Below, piece by piece: positions 16,845 to 26,442 of a stretch of DNA of 64,000 nucleotides; position 1 is the first letter of the stretch, and each line of letters starts with the position of its first letter. The stretch is from an uncultured Chitinophaga sp. (GTDB lineage: Bacteria > Bacteroidota > Bacteroidia > Chitinophagales > Chitinophagaceae), in the NCBI GenBank assembly GCA_964424155.1, contig CAYRHU010000004.1:6638-70637 (forward strand), written 5' to 3'. A model generated the notes under the pieces. It saw only the letters and a list, made by a program, of their open reading frames with translations. It was not told the DNA's origin and ran no database searches. The position numbers and the translations under genes were made by a program.

Positions 16845-19800
16845 ATGAAAATTAGTTATTTTAATACTGCAAAGACTACTACCCTGAAACGATTACTCAT
16901 TTTTATTGCTGCACTGCTTTCCGTACAGGTCTCTCTTTCACAAGGAAGCATCGAATTTGTTGAAAACAAAGGCCAGTGGGACAGCCGGGTCCGGTATAAA
17001 GGCAAGGTCGACAACGGCGAATTCTTTATCCGGGACAACGGGTTTACCGTGGTCCGGTACGATCCCGCCGATATGGCCGATGTGATGCGGTTGCTGCATG
17101 ACCGTACTCCCGGAATTCCCGATGAACGTTTCATGGTGCGCACCCATGCCTTTCATGTGGATTTCGAAGGGGCCTCCGCCACATCTGAAGCTGTGCCGGA
17201 AAAAAGGATGCAGACCGTAAATAATTACTACACCGGCAGCGATCCTTCCAAATGGGCGGGCGGGTGCCAGGTATTCCAGGCCATCACCCTGAAAGATGTT
17301 TATCCCAATGTGGATGTGCGTTATTACACCGACCGGGGATTTCTTAAATATGATATTCTTGTCAAACCCGGCGGGGATGTTTCTAAGATCGCGCTAAGGT
17401 ACGATGGGGTCGATAGGCTACAGGTCAGGAATAAGGAATTGGCGATCACCACATCGGTGGGTGAGTTAAAAGAGTCGGCTCCCTTTACATTCCAGACCGG
17501 TATGGCGGGGAAGGAGGAGATCGCATGCAAATATGTCGTTAAGGATAATGTGGTCCGGTTTGATGTAAAACAATATGACCGGAATGCCACCCTGGTCATT
17601 GACCCCCTAATTATTTTCTGTTCCTTTTCGGGAAGCTCCGCCGACAACTGGGGTTATACGGCAACCTATGGAGCCGACGGCAGCATGTACGGCGGCGGCA
17701 TTGTGCATGATCCGGGATTTCCCACTTCTACGGGGGCATTCCAGACCAATTTCCAGGGTGGTGATTTTGATATCGGTATCATCAAACTTTCGCCTAATGG
17801 AAGCGCCCGGATCTATGCCACGTATATCGGGGGCTCGGGAAATGAACAGCCGCATAGTTTAATCGTGGACAATAACGGCAATCTCGTAATGGCGGGCCGT
17901 ACGAATTCTCCGCTTACGGGAGCCGGGGCTTACCCCGTTACAGGCGGAGCATCCGGTCTTGTGGGTCCCTGCGGGGATCATGATATCGTGGTCACCAAAC
18001 TGAATGCAACCGGCAGCGCGATTATCGGTTCAAAGAGAATCGGCGGCTCTTCCTGGGACGGAGTAAATATTTCTCCCACCCGGAGCAAAAACTCATTACA
18101 GCAGAATTATGGCGATGACGGCAGAAGCGAGGTCATACTTGATGCAGCGGGCAATGCGATTGTGGCCTCCTGTACGCAATCCGGAAATTTTCCGGCGATC
18201 GGCTCTCCTTTCCAGGGCGCATTTGGTGGCAGCCAGGACGGGGTCCTCATCAAACTGACACCCGACCTGGGATCCGTTCTTTTTTCCAGTTTTCTCGGGG
18301 GAAATGCCAACGATGCGGCCTATGTGCTTTCATTGGCTCCGAATGGAAGCATCTATGTTGCCGGTGGCACGGAGAGTGATGCCAGCAGTTTTCCCGGAAA
18401 TGAAACCGGCACTATCGGTTCAGTCAACAACGGAGGTATCGACGGTTTTGTGGCGATCGTCAACAGCGCGGGCACCGCTGTGATCAGGTCCACTTTTATT
18501 GGTACGCCCGGAACAGACCAGGTTTTCGGGATCCAGTTCGACTCCAGGGGCTTCCCCTATATTACCGGGCAGACAACAGGCAACTGGAATGTGCTGAATG
18601 CAGCTTACAGCAACCCCGGGGGCAAGCAGTTCATCGCGAAGATGCGGCCCGATTTGTCCGCTTATGTGTATTCCACCTGTTTTGGTTCGGGAGCGCCCAA
18701 TCCCAATATTTCGATCACTGCATTCCTGGTAGACCGTTGTGAGAATGTTTATGTATCAGGCTGGGGAGGTTTCTATGGTACCGTCAACGCCTTTAACAGC
18801 GCCGGCACAACCGGGTTGCCTGTTACCTCGGATGCCATCAAGTCCAATACCGACGGAAAGGATTTTTACTTTTTTGTACTGCAGCGGGATGCCACCCAGC
18901 AATTGTTCGGGAGTTTCTTCGGGGAGACCAACCGGCCGGGCGCGGGTTGCGATCACGTGGACGGCGGCACCAGCCGGTTTGACCGGAATGGAGTCATTTA
19001 CCAGGCCATCTGTGCCAACTGTAACCTCGACCCTACAGGAGGCCGACCCCTGTTCCCCACAACGGCCGGGGCCTGGTCCACCACGAACAACGCCAGCGGC
19101 GCCGGTTGCAACCTGGCCATGCTGAAGTTTGATCTTGAATTGTCGGGAGTTGACGGGGAACTGAGATCAGATATCAACGGCGTAAGGGATACGGCCGGAT
19201 GTGTGCCGCTGAAAGTTGATTTTGTGGATTCGATTGGCAGGGCCGTTAGCTATGAATGGTATTTTAATTATGTGCCGGGCAGTCCACCCGATCTGACCAC
19301 GTCGACACCAAGCGCCTCATTTACTTATAACAATGTCGGGGTGTACCGGGTTTTGCTCGTTGCCATCGATCCCAATACCTGCAACGTACGTGATTCTTCT
19401 TTTCTCAATATCAGGGTGGGCGATGTGATAGCCAACCTGCTTCCGGCCTGGCAGCCGTTTGGTCCGGATTGCCCCAAGTTTACTTACCAGTTCATCAATA
19501 ACTCAATTAGCTCGGATATTACCAAACCCATACTGGACACTTCCATGGTCTGGGATTTTGGGGATGGCAGTCCCCGCGTACCCGCACTGATCGGACCCGC
19601 CAACGCGGTGTTGCATACCTACCCGGCAACCGGAACATACCAGGCCCGGCTGATATTAAAGGATACGACCTTTTGCAATAACCCCGATGACAGCATCATT
19701 AATATCAGTATCGCCGACAATGTGAAAGCGATAATTGAAACTCCATCCAACGGATGTGCGCCCTATAATGCCGTATTTAACAGCGCTTCGCTGAATGCGG

Positions 19801-20501
19801 TTTCATGGCTCTGGGATTTTGGCGATCCCGGTTCTCCTGATAACACATCCACCGATGAGAACCCCACGCATCTCTATGCCAGTCCGGGTACCTATATTAT
19901 CCGGCTCACTGCCGCTAACCCGGGTACCTGCAACCTGACGCATGATACCACTTTCACGCTTACGGTTTACCAGGATCCCGTTCCGGGTTTCAGGGCTGAT
20001 CCGGATCCTCCAATCGCCAATTCACCCACCATTTTCACCAATCTTTCCTCCGTGGACGCGGTTCGGTTCAAATGGGTGTTCGGTGACGGTGACAGCCTGT
20101 TCACGGATTCACGAGGATCGGTTACACACCAGTATAATGCCACCGGTACCTATGATGCGTGTCTAACGGCCTATAACGCGGTGGGTTGCGACAGCACCAT
20201 CTGCCAGCCGGTTCGGGCACTCATCGAACCGCTGGTGGACGTACCCAATGCCTTCACACCGTTGAGTAATGACGAGAACAGCGTGGTGCTGGTCAGGGGT
20301 TTTGGCATAGGTAAAATGACCTTTACGATCTGGAACCGCTGGGGGCAAAAAGTATTTGAAACGAACAACCGCTTCCAGGGATGGGATGGTAAAGTGAAGG
20401 GAGTGGTACAACCCATGGATGTTTATGTATATACTTTGAATGTTGAATTTACGGATGGAAGTAAAACAACTAAAAAGGGGGATTTAACGTTAATAAGGTA
20501 A
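16845..20501 (+). CDS. large secreted protein with beta-propeller-like repeats, about 4 PKD domains and a T9SS type-B C-terminal sorting domain
   Basis: Start set at ATG 16845 (MKISYF...signal...SLSQ). WDFGDG-type PKD signatures. C-terminus VPNAFTP..N...WNRWGQKVFE...GWDG...DVYVY... matches the gliding-motility/type-B CTD. Confidence 0.9.
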   Translation: MKISYFNTAKTTTLKRLLIFIAALLSVQVSLSQGSIEFVENKGQWDSRVRYKGKVDNGEFFIRDNGFTVVRYDPADMADVMRLLHDRTPGIPDERFMVRTHAFHVDFEGASATSEAVPEKRMQTVNNYYTGSDPSKWAGGCQVFQAITLKDVYPNVDVRYYTDRGFLKYDILVKPGGDVSKIALRYDGVDRLQVRNKELAITTSVGELKESAPFTFQTGMAGKEEIACKYVVKDNVVRFDVKQYDRNATLVIDPLIIFCSFSGSSADNWGYTATYGADGSMYGGGIVHDPGFPTSTGAFQTNFQGGDFDIGIIKLSPNGSARIYATYIGGSGNEQPHSLIVDNNGNLVMAGRTNSPLTGAGAYPVTGGASGLVGPCGDHDIVVTKLNATGSAIIGSKRIGGSSWDGVNISPTRSKNSLQQNYGDDGRSEVILDAAGNAIVASCTQSGNFPAIGSPFQGAFGGSQDGVLIKLTPDLGSVLFSSFLGGNANDAAYVLSLAPNGSIYVAGGTESDASSFPGNETGTIGSVNNGGIDGFVAIVNSAGTAVIRSTFIGTPGTDQVFGIQFDSRGFPYITGQTTGNWNVLNAAYSNPGGKQFIAKMRPDLSAYVYSTCFGSGAPNPNISITAFLVDRCENVYVSGWGGFYGTVNAFNSAGTTGLPVTSDAIKSNTDGKDFYFFVLQRDATQQLFGSFFGETNRPGAGCDHVDGGTSRFDRNGVIYQAICANCNLDPTGGRPLFPTTAGAWSTTNNASGAGCNLAMLKFDLELSGVDGELRSDINGVRDTAGCVPLKVDFVDSIGRAVSYEWYFNYVPGSPPDLTTSTPSASFTYNNVGVYRVLLVAIDPNTCNVRDSSFLNIRVGDVIANLLPAWQPFGPDCPKFTYQFINNSISSDITKPILDTSMVWDFGDGSPRVPALIGPANAVLHTYPATGTYQARLILKDTTFCNNPDDSIINISIADNVKAIIETPSNGCAPYNAVFNSASLNAVSWLWDFGDPGSPDNTSTDENPTHLYASPGTYIIRLTAANPGTCNLTHDTTFTLTVYQDPVPGFRADPDPPIANSPTIFTNLSSVDAVRFKWVFGDGDSLFTDSRGSVTHQYNATGTYDACLTAYNAVGCDSTICQPVRALIEPLVDVPNAFTPLSNDENSVVLVRGFGIGKMTFTIWNRWGQKVFETNNRFQGWDGKVKGVVQPMDVYVYTLNVEFTDGSKTTKKGDLTLIR

Positions 20502-20506
20502 AGGGA

Positions 20507-20538
20507 TTGGTTAATTAGTTAATTGGTTAATTGGGGGA
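20507..20538. repeat. tandem octamers TTGGTTAA TTAGTTAA TTGGTTAA TTGGGGGA
   Basis: Fills the cargo-to-porP spacer. The word TGGTTAA is the complement of the TTAACCA heptamers at 4492-4561. Confidence 0.8.
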
Positions 20539-20544
20539 GTGTTT

Positions 20545-21585
20545 ATGATCAGAAAGGTCATCATAGTTTTCGGGATTTTTAATTTGTCTTTTGGGTTAAC
20601 CCTCGGGGCACAGGATCTTCATTTCTCACAATTCTTCAATACGCCCCTGCTCACCAACCCGGCGAATACCGGCTTTATTCCCGACGGAGATTACCGCCTC
20701 GGGATCAATTACCGGAATCAATGGGCGTCGGTTACTCCTTTTCCTTATAAAACGATGAGCGCCTTCGGCGACTGGCAAACCATGCAGAACAGCGATAATA
20801 CCGGTTGGCTGGGCCTGGGCGGGGTGATCCTGAGAGATGTGGCCGGCACCAGCGTGCTCACCTCCACGAAAATATACGGCTCGGTAGCCTATCACCAGAT
20901 GATCAACGCCGGCAGCCTGGTAAGCCTGGGTTTCAATGTGGGCTGGGCCAATAAACGGATCAATACGACCAACCTCACGTTCCCCAGCCAGTGGAACGGT
21001 AAATTCTTTGATGTACACCAGACCGGCACCGCCCCCAAACTCGATGACAACAATATCAACTACCTCGATATGCAGGTGGGTATGAATTATGCCTATTTCC
21101 CCAATAATGATATTTATCTCAATGCCGGGGTATCCGCCATGCATGTTAACCGGCCGAAGGAAAGCTTCTTCGCGGAAGAACCCGGCGCCAGCAACCGGAT
21201 CCCGGTGCGCTATACGGCTTTCCTGAACGGCAGCTTCAAGCTCAACGACCGGGTGATCGTCAACCCGAACCTGTACGGCTCGCTGCAGGCCAATGCGTAT
21301 GAAATCGTTGGCGGATTCAACGCGCATTACAATGCCTCCGGCGACGGGGAGAAGGTACTGATCGCAGGTGTGTATTACCGTTACCGCGACGCTATCATTC
21401 CCATGGTGGGACTGGCCTACAAGGACCTCACGTTCACTTTCAGTTATGACGTAACCAGTTCCTCGCTCAGCAACTTCAACAACGGAAGGGGAGGGATGGA
21501 ATTCTCCCTGATCAAACAGGGCGTGGTGGACCGCTACATGGGCAACCGCCGGGAATCAATGTGTCCTTCTTTCAAAACGTACTGA
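20545..21585 (+). CDS. PorP/SprF-family type IX secretion membrane protein
   Basis: AQDLHFSQFFNTPLLTNPANTGF N-terminal signature. Lies immediately downstream of the type-B cargo gene. A GTG at 20539 is an alternative start. Confidence 0.9.
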   Translation: MIRKVIIVFGIFNLSFGLTLGAQDLHFSQFFNTPLLTNPANTGFIPDGDYRLGINYRNQWASVTPFPYKTMSAFGDWQTMQNSDNTGWLGLGGVILRDVAGTSVLTSTKIYGSVAYHQMINAGSLVSLGFNVGWANKRINTTNLTFPSQWNGKFFDVHQTGTAPKLDDNNINYLDMQVGMNYAYFPNNDIYLNAGVSAMHVNRPKESFFAEEPGASNRIPVRYTAFLNGSFKLNDRVIVNPNLYGSLQANAYEIVGGFNAHYNASGDGEKVLIAGVYYRYRDAIIPMVGLAYKDLTFTFSYDVTSSSLSNFNNGRGGMEFSLIKQGVVDRYMGNRRESMCPSFKTY

Positions 21586-21684
21586 CCGGTAAAAAACACT
21601 TATTCGCCTCAAACAGCCGGGTGCATAAACCTTTCAGATTATCCCTTATTTATCCGATTTTTACAGCCACAGCATTATCAGGTA

Positions 21685-23103
21685 ATGGAAACCACAGCAG
21701 GCGCCACGCTCACTGCGGATCATATCCGCAGCTTTAAACAGATCACGGGAGATGATTTTGTATTATACGATGAAGATTCCATCCGGCATTACGGGCGTGA
21801 CGAGACCGAGAACCTTTTTTTCCCGCCTGAAGTGGTGATAAAGCCACGCACGGCGGAGGAGATAAGTGCGATACTGAAAATATGCAATGTCCATAGGATC
21901 CCCGTCACCCCCCGGGGGGCGGGAACGGGTTTAAGCGGCGGCGCCCTTCCTCACCTGGGCGGCGTACTGCTTTCCACTGAAAGAATGAACAGTATCCTGC
22001 ACATTGATGAACGCAACCTTCAGGTGACCACCGAACCCGGCGTAATCACGGAAGTGCTACAAAATACCGTCCGGGAAAAAGGGCTGTTTTATCCGCCCGA
22101 TCCCGCCAGCCGCGGTTCCTGTTTCATCGGCGGCAATATCTCCGAGAACAGCGGCGGACCCAAGGCGGTGAAATACGGGGTGGTCAAGGATTATGTACTG
22201 AATCTCGAAATGGTGCTTCCCTCGGGAGAGATCATCTGGACCGGCGCCAATGTGCTGAAGAATTCAACGGGGTATAATCTTACACAACTGGTGGTGGGGA
22301 GCGAAGGCACACTGGGTATCGTGACAAAGATCGTTTTGCGTCTGATCCCTTATCCGAAATATGACCTGCTGATGCTGGTCCCCTTCCGTCAAATCGAACA
22401 GGCCGGTGAAGCGGTAAGCGCCATTTTCCGGGCCGGGTTCACACCCAGCGCCATGGAACTGGTGGAGATCAATGCGCTGAAGATCGTGAGCCGGATGGTG
22501 GAGAGCAGCGCCGTGCCGGTAACGGAAGATACCGCTGCCCATCTTATCATTGAGGTGGACGGGAACGATATGGATGTACTCATGAAAGAGATGGAGGCCA
22601 TCGGCGAATTGCTGACACGATATGATATAGGCGAGATCTATTTTGCCGATGACGCGCAGCAAAAAGCGGAACTGTGGAAACTCCGCCGCAAAGTCGCGGA
22701 GGCTGTCAAGCTGGACGGTTACACCATTGAAGAAGACACGGTGGTGCCCAGGGCCGAACTCCCCGCGCTGATCCGGGGTGTGAAGGAAGTCGGACGAAAG
22801 CATGCTTTTGATGTGGTTTGCTACGGTCATGCCGGCGACGGCAACCTGCATATCCGGATCAAAAAAGAGGGGATACCCAACAGTCACGGCAATCCCGTGA
22901 TGACCGCCGCCCTGCGGGAACTGTTTGAACTCGTGCATCAGCTGGGGGGTACCATCAGCGGGGAACACGGGATCGGGCTGATCCAGAAACCCTATATGGA
23001 CATCATGTTCCGGGATACGCAGCTCGGGCTGATGAGGGAGATCAAAAAGAGTTTTGACCCGAATAATATCTTAAATGCGGGTAAAATTTTTCCTGCTGAG
23101 TAA
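21685..23103 (+). CDS. FAD-binding oxidoreductase (GlcD / D-lactate dehydrogenase family)
   Basis: 472 aa. FAD-binding PCMH-type N-terminal domain (PRGAGTGLSGGA) and C-terminal GEHGIG motif. Confidence 0.9.
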   Translation: METTAGATLTADHIRSFKQITGDDFVLYDEDSIRHYGRDETENLFFPPEVVIKPRTAEEISAILKICNVHRIPVTPRGAGTGLSGGALPHLGGVLLSTERMNSILHIDERNLQVTTEPGVITEVLQNTVREKGLFYPPDPASRGSCFIGGNISENSGGPKAVKYGVVKDYVLNLEMVLPSGEIIWTGANVLKNSTGYNLTQLVVGSEGTLGIVTKIVLRLIPYPKYDLLMLVPFRQIEQAGEAVSAIFRAGFTPSAMELVEINALKIVSRMVESSAVPVTEDTAAHLIIEVDGNDMDVLMKEMEAIGELLTRYDIGEIYFADDAQQKAELWKLRRKVAEAVKLDGYTIEEDTVVPRAELPALIRGVKEVGRKHAFDVVCYGHAGDGNLHIRIKKEGIPNSHGNPVMTAALRELFELVHQLGGTISGEHGIGLIQKPYMDIMFRDTQLGLMREIKKSFDPNNILNAGKIFPAE

Positions 23104-23266
23104 ACCCGAACTGTATGAATGGCGTCTGAAATTCGTTTAACGTCATTCCGATGCAGGAGGAAACCGGGGGAGTATCCGGTACAGACGCCCCCTGCCCGGA
23201 ATGACAGAACCAAAAATTTTGAAGGATCAGTTCCTTGTTGAAAACTGAAAATAAATAATCATAGTG

Positions 23267-23854
23267 ATGAAAAAATTAATTCTGTCCTTATTGTTGATCG
23301 TGCTCACCGTGTCTTTGTTGCACGCCCAGGATGAAGAGGAAAAAGGAGGCTGGAAACCCGATCATCTCTTTATCGGTTCGGGTATCAATCTTGGTTTTTC
23401 CAATGGTTTCATCATCGGACTGAACCCCGAAGTGGGATACAGCATCAACCGTTTCCTGGACGCCGGTATTGCCACCAACCTGACCTATATCACCCAGCGC
23501 AGCAATTTTGCCAACGAATCGCTGCGCTACCTGGCGCTGGGAGCAGGACCCTTCCTGCGCATCTGGCCGGTGCGCATGATCTTTGTGGGCGGGCAACTGG
23601 AGTTCAACGGCATTACCTACCGGGAAGTGGTGGACGGCGCAACCGTTTATAAAGAAAAATTCGACGCCACCAGTCTGCTCGTGGGACTGGGGTATGGCAA
23701 CCGCATGATCGGGCATTCGCAGTTTTATACCAGCATCATGATCGACGCGCTGAATGACGTGAATTCGCCGTACCGCGACCAGTTCGGGCGCGTGCTCCCG
23801 GTATTCCGTACAGGTTTTATCTTTTACCTGGGTGGCGGACAAAGAGGAAAGTAA
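23267..23854 (+). CDS. secreted / outer-membrane protein of unknown function
   Basis: Signal peptide MKKLILSLLLIVLTVSLLHAQ and a beta-strand-rich sequence. A GTG at 23264 is the alternative start used by the track. Confidence 0.6.
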   Translation: MKKLILSLLLIVLTVSLLHAQDEEEKGGWKPDHLFIGSGINLGFSNGFIIGLNPEVGYSINRFLDAGIATNLTYITQRSNFANESLRYLALGAGPFLRIWPVRMIFVGGQLEFNGITYREVVDGATVYKEKFDATSLLVGLGYGNRMIGHSQFYTSIMIDALNDVNSPYRDQFGRVLPVFRTGFIFYLGGGQRGK

Positions 23855-23929
23855 AATATTCGCCGGGGTGCCCGGTTTCAACGGGTAAAAAAATTACCAC
23901 TCAGGGAATGGCATTGATCCCCGTGCCGG

Positions 23930-24469
23930 TTATCCAAAATGACTCAGCAATTCGCCCGGGGTGCTGACAATGCTGATTCTCTGAAGCGCTTCTTCATACA
24001 GGAAACCTTCCCTTTTCATTAATTCAATATGCTCCAGCAGGTGATCATAAAAACCACCGGAGTTTAGAATGTAAATCGGCTTGTCGTGAATCGTCAGCTG
24101 GTTCCAGGTAACGATCTCGAACAATTCATCCAGTGTCCCAAACCCGCCCGGCAATACCACCGCCGCATCGCAGACGCTGTAGATACGTCTTTTTCGCTCA
24201 TGCATATCATCACAGGTGATGAGTTCGGTGATGCCCCTGTGCTGCACCTCCCATTCCAGCAGGATCCGGGGAATGAACCCCTGCACCTCGCCTCCTTTTT
24301 CCATGGCGTTGTCGGCCACCACACCCATCAGTCCGGCGCTGCCCCCGCCGTAAATGACTTTTATTTTTTTCTCCGCAAGCTGGCAGCCCAGTTCAGCCGC
24401 GTGCGCTGTAAACAGGGGATTGGTACCATTTTTTGAACCGCAGAAAACAGCAACTGATCGTATTGTCAT
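23930..24469 (-). CDS. LOG-family (TIGR00730-type) nucleotide phosphoribohydrolase
   Basis: GGGSAGLMG and PGGFGTLDELFE motifs, 179 aa. Confidence 0.9.
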   Translation of the reverse strand: MTIRSVAVFCGSKNGTNPLFTAHAAELGCQLAEKKIKVIYGGGSAGLMGVVADNAMEKGGEVQGFIPRILLEWEVQHRGITELITCDDMHERKRRIYSVCDAAVVLPGGFGTLDELFEIVTWNQLTIHDKPIYILNSGGFYDHLLEHIELMKREGFLYEEALQRISIVSTPGELLSHFG

Positions 24470-24547
24470 ATCAGGTATATTGTGGCAAAGGGAGAGTATT
24501 TTTTGCTATCTTCAAAATTTGGGAGCAAACGGGTTCGGATTTTCTGA

Positions 24548-24721
24548 ACCACATAGGACATAGAACACAGAGGGGGGCAAATAGAAGAGGTTGTTTTGAT
24601 AAGCTATGCGTTATTCTATGTTATAAATGTGCTTGAACCAAATAGAATAAAGACCAAAGAGGGGGGACACAAGGAAAATCCTGAATTACAGTTCTATGTG
24701 TTTTTCTATGTCCTATGTGGT
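24548..24721. repeat. 174-bp element bounded by perfect 18-bp inverted repeats (MITE-like or REP-like)
   Basis: ACCACATAGGACATAGAA at 24548-24565 and its exact complement at 24704-24721. The interior keeps roughly 7-nt phasing and holds two AGAGGGGGG direct repeats. Confidence 0.8.
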
Positions 24722-24811
24722 AAAAAAATTGAAATTTCAAAAAGAACACAGCTCAAATTCATTGATCCCTGGTTGAAATACATAATGTTTGAATAACAGA
24801 AAAAGCTTTCT

Positions 24812-26320
24812 ATGTCGGCAACCGTGCTTTTCTTTTTCGTGATCGGGTATTTCGTACTCCTGCTGGCCGTGGCCTGGTATACATCCCGGGGTTCGGACAA
24901 TGAATCCTTCTTCATCGGCAACCGCAACAGCAACTGGATGCTGGTGGCTTTTGGCATGATCGGCACCTCCCTCAGCGGGGTGACCTTTGTGAGCGTGCCC
25001 GGAAGCGTGGGCAGCAGTAATTTTTTTTATTACCAGGTTGTGCTCGGGTACCTGCTGGGTTATATCGTCATCGCTTTCGTACTGCTGCCATTGTATTACC
25101 GGATGAACCTGACCAGCATTTACACGTACCTCGAAAAACGACTGGGCATCAATGCGCATAAGGCGGGCGCTTTTTTCTTCATTCTTTCCCGCACCGTGGG
25201 CGCCACGGCCCGGCTGTACCTGGTGATCAGCGTGCTGCAAACGTTTATCTTCAACAAAATGGGCATTCCCTTCGAGGCAACCGCCTTTGTGATCCTGGTG
25301 CTCATCCTGCTGTATACTTTTGAAGGCGGGGTGAAAACGATCATCTATACGGATACATTGCAAACAACAGGTATGCTGGCCGGCCTGGTGGTTTGCACCT
25401 TCGTCATCATCAAGGCCCTGGGCACTGATTTTGGAGGCGCCATGAGCCTGATGGCCGATAAGGGATATACGCAGATCTTCAACCCCGATGTGAAATCGGG
25501 TTCTTTCGCATTAAAACATATCATTGGCGGCATGTTCATCGCCATCGCCATGACCGGTCTGGACCAGGAGATGATGCAGAAGAACATCAGCGTGAAAAAC
25601 CTGAAAGACTCGCAGAAGAACATGATGACCTTCACCGGGGTGCTGATGATCGTCAACTTTCTGTTCCTCGTACTGGGCGGCGTATTGTACCTCTATGCAT
25701 CCGAGAAGGGGATCGCCGTTCCGCCGGATGATCTCTTCCCCACGATCGCTCTCAGCGAAGTGTTCAGCGGCACGATCGGGATCATCTTCATCATCGCGCT
25801 GATCTCCGCGTTGTTCCCGAGCGTGGACGGGGCCATTACCTCACTTACGTCCTGTTTTTGCATTGACATCCTCAACCTGAAGGAAAGAACAGGAACCGAA
25901 AAAGAGAAGAAGCGAACCCGGTTAAAAGTGCATTTCACATTCGCGCTGGTCTTCTTCCTGATGGTGCTGCTGTTCAAATGGATCAACGACAAACTGATCA
26001 TCGACTTCATCCTCAAATTCGCCGGTATCACCTACGGACCGCTGCTGGGTTTGTTTGCGTTCGGCATACTTACCAAACGCACGCTCGACAACAGCCGGAT
26101 CTGGTATGTGTGCATCATCGCCCCTTTACTGGCGCTTGGCCTCGATATGCTTAGCAACCCGGCCTGGTATGAGGCCAAACTGCATGTGAAACTGGGACTG
26201 GAGAATATTTCCCGATCCGTTTTCAATGGATATATCATCGGGAATGAACTGATCCTCATTAACGGGATCTTCACGTTTATCGGGTTGTGGATGATCTCCC
26301 GGAAGGGGGAGGAGAAATAA
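24812..26320 (+). CDS. sodium:solute symporter family transporter
   Basis: 502 aa with about 13 TM helices and SSF-like conserved segments. Confidence 0.88.
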   Translation: MSATVLFFFVIGYFVLLLAVAWYTSRGSDNESFFIGNRNSNWMLVAFGMIGTSLSGVTFVSVPGSVGSSNFFYYQVVLGYLLGYIVIAFVLLPLYYRMNLTSIYTYLEKRLGINAHKAGAFFFILSRTVGATARLYLVISVLQTFIFNKMGIPFEATAFVILVLILLYTFEGGVKTIIYTDTLQTTGMLAGLVVCTFVIIKALGTDFGGAMSLMADKGYTQIFNPDVKSGSFALKHIIGGMFIAIAMTGLDQEMMQKNISVKNLKDSQKNMMTFTGVLMIVNFLFLVLGGVLYLYASEKGIAVPPDDLFPTIALSEVFSGTIGIIFIIALISALFPSVDGAITSLTSCFCIDILNLKERTGTEKEKKRTRLKVHFTFALVFFLMVLLFKWINDKLIIDFILKFAGITYGPLLGLFAFGILTKRTLDNSRIWYVCIIAPLLALGLDMLSNPAWYEAKLHVKLGLENISRSVFNGYIIGNELILINGIFTFIGLWMISRKGEEK

Positions 26321-26403
26321 GGATGTCGAATAAGAATTTTGAATGCAGAAGGCAATGATTACTACTTCGACATTCTTAAATCCTTGTTCATCATTCTTAA
26401 TTC
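26313..26403. repeat. heptamer-phased imperfect palindrome, GAATGCAGA family, copy 2
   Basis: CGAATAA GAATTTT GAATGCA GAAGGCA ... CTACTTC GACATTC TTAAATC CTTGTTC ATCATTC TTAATTC. 13-bp stem 26318-26330 / 26366-26378 (one G-T pair) begins on the symporter stop codon. Confidence 0.85.
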
Positions 26404-26442
26404 AACGCTTAGGCAGATGTAACTTTATTAAAAATTATTCAC

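Noticed and set aside
24548-24721. Invertible promoter (inverton) interpretation of the IR-flanked element.
   Set aside because: I found no TAnnTTTG-type promoter box on either strand of the inner segment, and no recombinase gene is in the window. It is kept as a MITE/REP-like candidate pending read-level orientation checks.
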